A stretch of 45,062 nucleotides of DNA from positions 1 to 45,062 of the forward strand of contig JNEM01010040.1 in assembly GCA_000697335.1 (NCBI GenBank), read 5' to 3'. Under the pieces are notes generated by a model. The model made no database searches and was not told the origin of the DNA. It saw nothing but the letters and a program-made list of their open reading frames with translations. Shown one piece after another: positions 38,061-45,062 of the stretch (position 1 is its first letter; each line of letters begins with the position of its first letter). Origin of the DNA: Conidiobolus incongruus B7586. Taxonomy: Eukaryota. Both the position numbers and the translations under genes were made by a program.

Positions 38061-41000
38061 TCAATTATCTACCACTTTACACAATAAAGAAGTGCTTGGA
38101 GAATGCAAGTAACTATGATCCAAACTAATTAATTTGGAATCCGTTGAAAATTGTTTGAGTATTTGGAAGATAGGGTGATTAGAGTGATCTTCAGATTGGA
38201 CTCGAGCTGTCAACTGCCAACTGTTGAGATTGTAAATGCCTGGGTAGGTAATAAATGCTTCGCATTCTAGTTGAACCGTTTCTTTGGGAGGTAAAATCAA
38301 TTCGTGCTGGGTGATGCCCTTCCATTGGAAGTGGAGAGCTGTGGGATTCTTGTGCCCGAACAGGTCTAACGTATTTGATTGCGCTTCATCGTTCGTAGTT
38401 TGAGATTCGGAAGCCGCTGGTGATATTAGTACCAAATGCACTTTAGTGAATCGATTCCAAGAGCAGTTTGTAATAAGGAATTTTACAGGGATAATGGCTG
38501 CTGGATGCTTGCTAAAATTATGATATACAACATCGGAGCACATGGTCGAGATTTTGACGTTGAGTTCGTTAGCGAATTTAGGATAATTGAGTAAATGGTT
38601 GATCAATTGGGCCTTTTCGATCGCTGTGGTTTCAAATAGCGCACGCACTGCTTTGAGTTGCTGGGGACTTGTGCCTCTGTTAAGAGAATCTTTGGTGGGG
38701 ATAATGTCCAATAGAGGATTTTGAGGAACTGAAAAGTTAATACCAATAATAAAGTGGTGGCCCTTACGTACTAATGTTTCTTTTTCAGATGGCTTGACCT
38801 GCCAGTGTAGTGACATATCGATGTCGTTAGACATGAACAGTGGGAAGATACCGTCACGCAATTTATTTGCAATGAATTTTGAGTGGGGCGCTAAATGCGT
38901 TTTATAGTATTGGGATCTGGATGCAAAGTAGAGAGATTTGGTTGGACTCAAACTAATGCTGGAAGCTCTGCCATGGAGTGGAATATCGGAAAAGGTCAAG
39001 TTGATAGGTTCAATGGAATCAAATTCTTTTGCACCTAATACTAGATCTTGAAGTGATTTAGCCAAATGAGCTTCTGGTGATTTCCAGTTAATGTTCTCTG
39101 AAGTAATTTCGGATTGGGGTTTGGGAGTAATTGGATTGATTCTTTGAATAGTAAAATATAATATTAAATTTCCTTTAGTATTCAACTGCAATTTATCAAT
39201 TTGCGACAAATTATCGACATCAGTATTGGGTTTGATATTAATTGGCGTGACTTTCCAGTTACTACTACAAGTTGATAATTGAGAAATAATAAATTCATGC
39301 TCTGCATGAACATTTTCCACCTCAATTCCCAAAATAAACTGATCCAACCCCAGTGTGCTAGGACGAGTAAAAGCGTTGATTTTTAGAGAAGGCTGAACAG
39401 TTAATGGTAAAATGCATCTCGTTGTACGATATAAATCCTTAGATTCTGCCTTACAATAGAATAGTAAGTAAAATGAATGATTACCAATGCGATCACCTCT
39501 AATAAATAATGGTAATGTCATAGTCTTTCCAGGTTCTAGACCCTGTGGCGACTCTTTCGTTAAATCGAGCTCGACAATTGAAGAATCAGGGACTTGGTTA
39601 TCTATTTGGACAACCGATGTAAGTGGAAAAGAATCTAAAACCATGATTAGTGAAAATTGATTCAGTTTGATAATATAACTAGTATTTTACCAAAATCGAC
39701 AGAGTTTGATTCAAATGAAAAGAATGTACTGTGACTCAGTTTAACCCAAAGTTTAAATAAAGGATGAGATCCTCTATTTTTCAATTCAATTTGAGGCGAT
39801 ACAATCTCTCCAGATAGGATAGATTGTGGTGGATCAATGAATTCAACTTGAAGTTGAGGCATCTTTGTAATCACATTAATCATTAAAGCAGAATTTAATT
39901 TAGATTTAGAAGTGGATTGATTTTTAAAACTTTTGTAGGATGCAGCAGATTCATTAATGGTAAAGAATAATCCCTTGATCATTATTTTACCACTAACTTT
40001 AGGTATTATTCTATATACAATCTAAAAATATTGTTAGTTTTATTCATCTAAAACTGATTTAACAAATTACCTCGACACTTTTAGCTGCATTTAATACAAA
40101 ATCATCGACTTTAGACAATTCAAAGGGATCGTCACTAGAAGCTTCGCCTTCATAGCTACAATCCAATTTCAACTGACTCAAGCTCAAGTTAAGCTGGAGA
40201 GGATTTAAAATAGTCATTTTGACTAATAAAGGTTCGTCCACAAGGCACCAATTGCCCTCCTTTTGGATTGAATTAGATTTTCTTACCAATCCAGTTTTCA
40301 AATCACTGATCATATCTTTACCAAATGCCTGTGTCTCCAAATCCTCCCAAATTTTTGAATTATCTTGATTGAACACCTGAGAATCGAAGCTGTTCTCCAA
40401 CTCGATGGTGATTTTAGCGGGATCGATATTGGGAATAGGAAGATAGTACTCTGGTTCTAACAATAGATGATGATTTGTTGATTTAACATAGTTGTCATAT
40501 GCGAATAGGAATTCTTTTAAATATGTCGCTTGAGTTGCTGAGCTCTGTTCAGATTCATTTAGCAACCATAAGAAGTGTTGGATGGATGGTAATATTTGAC
40601 CTAGTAAAGAGCATTGTCTTCCTAATGAAAATGAGATATGATCCTCAATATGGTCCCATTTTTTGATTTTTAAGCTCTGATTTTCATCCAATTCAACAGG
40701 AACACCAATTTGGAAAGCTCGATGTGCTTTGAGGTAGCAATTATAAGAATGTTCACGTTGCGAGCATCGATTATACCGACTACCTGCTAATGTTAAATAA
40801 TAAGCATATTTTCGATGATGAGGACGAGCCATAGATAAATATGTATAAGCAATCTGTTCCAAGCAAAGACCACTACGTAAATCACTATCTTCCCCAATTA
40901 GATAATTGAGTAAAAGGGGAATATCCGAATATCTTTCATGATAAATGAACATTTGATAATAGAGAAAACAGGTCCTTGAAGCAGCTACCATCAGTCTTGA

Positions 41001-42399
41001 AGAGATGTAATGAGCTAGAGCTTTATCAAAGTATCTTTCCACTTCAATCTTGTGACCCACTTCTTCAGACATCAATAGGCAAAGGCCAATCATCATCTGA
41101 GCTCCAGAATAGAAATTCCAACTTTTGTCAGATTGGAAATCTTTTTTAACAGCCTCATAAGTGCTTTGAGCTAGATCGAAATCTCTGAGCATAAAGGCTA
41201 AATCTGCCAGTTTTCTCATTTGGCCTTCAGGGCTATTATATGTATAATTGTTGGGGATAGGACCTGTGGGACTTGGGGAATTAGGTCTACTGGTGTTGAA
41301 ATACCTGCGACTAACATTCAACAACCTACCAGTGAAACCACGACGAGAGCTTGCTACTTGTTCGTTCATATGATGCATTTTACGCTCGAGGAATGGAATA
41401 ACTGATTCAAGTGTCATCTTTTTCACAAGATCACCAATGTTTGTAATCTCGTCGGCTCCAAAATGTTGCCCTGGGCAACCAGAGCGAGAACTAGAGCGCA
41501 TCCCACTAGGGTCCAACTGATGTATAGGAGTCAATAAGGGTTTTTGGTTGGTATCACGAAAAGCATTCCAAAGATTAGGTCTTTCAGAATTGGGTGACAT
41601 ATGACTAATGGGGCTACCAGATCTCGAAGGAATGGCCAACAAGTCGCAATGAAGACCAAAAGTCTTTTTCATCTTTTCAAAGATAGCTTGCACATCTGTG
41701 GAATTATCCTTCTTGGGGTCATAAATCAAAATATAGTATTTTAAAATGTCGGGATCCACCAAACTCCCAAAAGAAGTTTTATTAGAGCGTTCATACATAG
41801 CAGTGAGAGTTCCAATAGGATCTGAGTTTGATGCACTAACTGCCATTAACCAGCATACTGGATGATCGAAGGTTTCATGATCGATAGGCCTATAATAACT
41901 GAAAAAGGTATCTCTATAAATACTGAACCAGGGTGAATATTCGTCAACCGTTTTTAGCGATATTTCGTCCAAATCATATTCAATACTCTGATTGGTTTGG
42001 TTATCGTTCTGAAGTTTGGACAAATTCAAAGTCATAGCATGATTTTTTATCAAATCGGAAGCGTTTCTAGATTGTAAAGCATCCTCAATCCCAGCGTTGG
42101 CAACTGGTAAAGATGGTTCGAACTGTAAAAATCGCACAGAGAAATTGGTATGAGGTTTTGGTAAGCCTGAACCATCTCGAATGGATACTAATTGCCAGAA
42201 TTAATATTATTCAATCAAAAAATAATTAAATTTCAATACCTTTTTCTAAAGTATTATAACCAAAAGGTTTTAACAAATCAGCAAAATTTAGAAAATAATT
42301 TTGAATACAAAGGTCTTGAACTTCATCTGACGTTGTGACCCAAATCAAAGGACTTAAGTTATATAATAACCTACTAGGTATTGAATTATCTTTCTTCAT
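38061..42399 (-). CDS. TRS85: TRAPP III subunit Trs85/TRAPPC8, 4 exons, 1393 aa
   Basis: Exons 42399-42240, 42187-40071, 40021-39691, 39634-38061 splice in frame. Motifs FADLLKPFG, SPWFSIYR, HETFDHPV, IPFLERKM...NEQVASSRRGFTGRL, SPEGQMRKLADLAFMLRDFDLAQSTYEAVKKDFQSDK, PGIYNLNSW. Confidence 0.95.
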
Positions 42400-44552
42400 T
42401 ATAATTTAAAACAATCAATATTACTATTAAATACAATAATAGTTAATTGATTAACATTAATAAATTTTTTAGATTAGAACTGAATTAATTATTTTATATA
42501 TATTTCGTTTTTAAAATTTAATTGTTGTGAATAGTCTCTTTTGGTAGTTTATAGTTTTTATTCATTGATTAAATGGAATTGAATAATTATGGTATTATCA
42601 AATCGAAGATAAAAATAAATTAATGATAGCATTTATGTGATAAAAATTTATTCTGATTCAGACAAATTCTTTTCTATTCCATAAAAAAGTGAATAATTGT
42701 TTTGAACAAAAATTAATGCAAGATTAATCAAATATTCATTAATGATTTCAATCATTCAATTCAAATACTCAAATTTTAAACGAAAATATATTTTGAAATT
42801 ATAAAAATATAATTTCAATATTAAGCTATGAATTCAAGTAAAAATAACTATATGAAATATTATACAAATTAAATCTAAATTCACAAACAAAGTATATCAA
42901 TTAATATATAATAGTAGTAACGATTATTATAACATAATTTATTAATTTATAACTGTAACTTTGGATCTTCATCACCATACTTTTAGATATCTTTCATAAT
43001 TTTATATCAATCTGTATTGATATTTGTCATTCATTAAACTCAATATTGCATCAAAGGTTAAACATAAATTTTATAATGCATAATTTGGCACCTAAAAAAA
43101 TGAAACAAAATCAATTTTTCGGTTTTTTATTGTATGGAAATGAGTGTATTAAAATTATTTTGATTTTAATTTTGTGTAGTATTCAATAATTGATGATATA
43201 AAAATTTTATAATATAATAATAATTTTATATGTTCATCATTATCAATTTCAACACAATATTGTTTCATTTACACAATTTATATTTGCTTTAAAAAATTTT
43301 GGAATATATTTGATTATAATTTTTTAATTTTTATTCAAATTTATACAGGTATTATATAAAATAAATCATTAATATTTGGTAATAAAGTTTAATAAATAAA
43401 TATTATTATATAGATTATGTTACAATAATGTTTATTTCGAAACATTTAGTATATTTGATATTTTTTACTTAGAGATTTTAAATCTGATTATACTAGTTGC
43501 ATTATTTGAGATTGATAGTTATTGCCTTATATTCATTGATTTTAAATCATAAGTTCAAATAGTTTAAAATTTGAAAACCAATTTTCTATTCAATAAAAAC
43601 TACAGGTTATTATAAATATTAATAAATTTTTATAACCACATTTTATGTTCTGAATATACTCCGTTTTGGGTGAAGTTTGGATATATTACAATAACTCTAT
43701 CAACAGCTTTTCAAAATTCATTCTATAATTCAGCATACGTAATATTTCAATTATAATCAAATTCTAAATTTGATTTTAATATCTAAAATCGGGTTGGAAA
43801 TAATATTTAATATCAATAATATTTATATAATGGATGTGGGTATCAGATTTTGTTGTAAAGTTTGATTTAGTTTCAACAATAAAATATATATTTTCTCTGA
43901 AACCTATTCGCATCACTATTGCAGGAACCAAAGAGGGATAACCTTGATGTGGCGTTTTTTTTCGATATATATATGTATATATATAACCGAAATTTATGTT
44001 GTTTAATTTAATGCTTTTATATTATAATTTTTAAAGCATCTATTGATCATATTATAGAATGATTGCTTTTGCTTAATATTTGAAATAATTATGTTTCAAG
44101 ACTGATTTGTGGATCGTAAATTCACCATAGATGTCAACATTACACTTAATTCTCTTGCTGAAATCAGGATTGATACCAACATCTTCGAACATGCTATTAA
44201 CTATTGTTTGTTCTATATCATATAGTTGTTGCTTAGACTGAAATTTGAATTATTCCTCACAGAACAAATTTCTTGAAATAATCTTTGCTTTTTGTTTTGT
44301 TCTAGCAACGTGTTGTTGGCCTTATCTGAGTGAGAATAATAAATTTATTGATTGAGCTAAATATTTTTTCGAGTTTGAAATTTCAAAAGCAATAGTGAAC
44401 ATAATGAAGTATTCTTATGAAATTTAAATTTAGTCAATATTAGTATTTATAATAATATAAAATCATTTTTATTTTAAAATAATCAGGAATTAATTATCAA
44501 AATAATATTTAATAATATGAAAATACAAAATTTCTTAATTTCTGATTTTGCA

Positions 44553-45062
44553 TAATATTACTTTATAATTCAAATAATGGAAATTTTTGCAATTGAAAAA
44601 ATCATTTTAATATATAATATAAAATTAATACTCTTTATTTATTAATAACTTTTTGTTATATCTTTACCAAATATCTAACACTTAAAAAACTGTTTTTTAT
44701 TAATAACTGGAATTTAATATTTCTTATATTAAAAATTTTCCTATAGAATTTTTTTTCTTGGAAGCTAATTTTTTAATTACTTAAACAATTATAATTGAAT
44801 AAGTTATAATCTAAAAGATATCTTAAATATGGTTCTTTTGTAGTTATTTATAATCAGAGAAATTTTTAAAACTTTAACTTTATGAATTTTATAATTATTA
44901 TGTAAAAAAATAGGTTCTTTTAAATTTTATTAAAATACTAATTAAAAATAATTTATTAAAAAATAGTATAGAATTTATTATAATTAATTTTATTTTAAAA
45001 ATTAAAAAAATAACATATAATATTATAATTTTTTATAATAATTAATATTTATTTATAAATTA
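44553..45062 (-). repeat. Copy 3 (inverted) of the AT-rich dispersed repeat, running to the window end
   Basis: Reverse complement is colinear with 28560-29070, e.g. 'gtttaagtaattaaaaaa.tagctt..aagaaaaaaa.ttcta.a.ggaaatt' and 'ataataattataaaa..cat.aagttaaa.tt'. Confidence 0.7.

Noticed and set aside
3915..41405. Short antisense or off-frame ORFs inside LONP2, UFD4, PPR, RPS1 and TRS85
   Set aside because: They are shadows of real coding exons with no independent motifs.
2269..42399. Functional cluster (proteostasis: Lon/Ufd4/Cuz1; ER traffic: ZW10/FIT/TRS85)
   Set aside because: The genes are interspersed with unrelated housekeeping genes in mixed orientation, and nothing in the sequence shows co-regulation. 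Conserved synteny would be needed.
1..45062. CRISPR array, rRNA, telomeric repeats or an intact transposase/pol
   Set aside because: I saw no regularly spaced repeats, rRNA motifs, telomere repeats or intact TE ORFs.

Overview
Eukaryotic nuclear DNA, extremely AT-rich, with many short (mostly 45-60 nt) GT-AG introns. The style resembles an early-diverging fungus such as Conidiobolus/Zoopagomycota (inference, not verified). I spliced ten protein-coding genes by hand: peroxisomal Lon (LONP2, ends SRL), HECT ligase UFD4/TRIP12, 22-exon NRDE2, an intronless PPR protein, ZFAND1/Cuz1, RPS1 (eS1), ZW10, FIT/SCS3, an Icc-like metallophosphoesterase and TRS85/TRAPPC8. An eleventh candidate is a 101-aa orphan. 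RNA genes are tRNA-Leu(CAA), an intron-containing tRNA-Tyr(GTA) and a decayed tRNA-Ala(CGC). Five signals are not visible in the ORF track. (1) One in-frame TAA in a CUA context lies between the two zinc fingers of an otherwise intact ZFAND1. (2) A ~550-bp TG...CA solo-LTR-like element ends 18 nt upstream of tRNA-Tyr, the Ty3-like position. (3) A REV1-type BRCT pseudogene retains its introns. (4) There is a Helitron/PIF1 helicase relic. (5) A ~0.5-kb AT-rich repeat occurs three times. I found no CRISPR array or rRNA and cannot establish a novel multi-gene system; the findings are leads.
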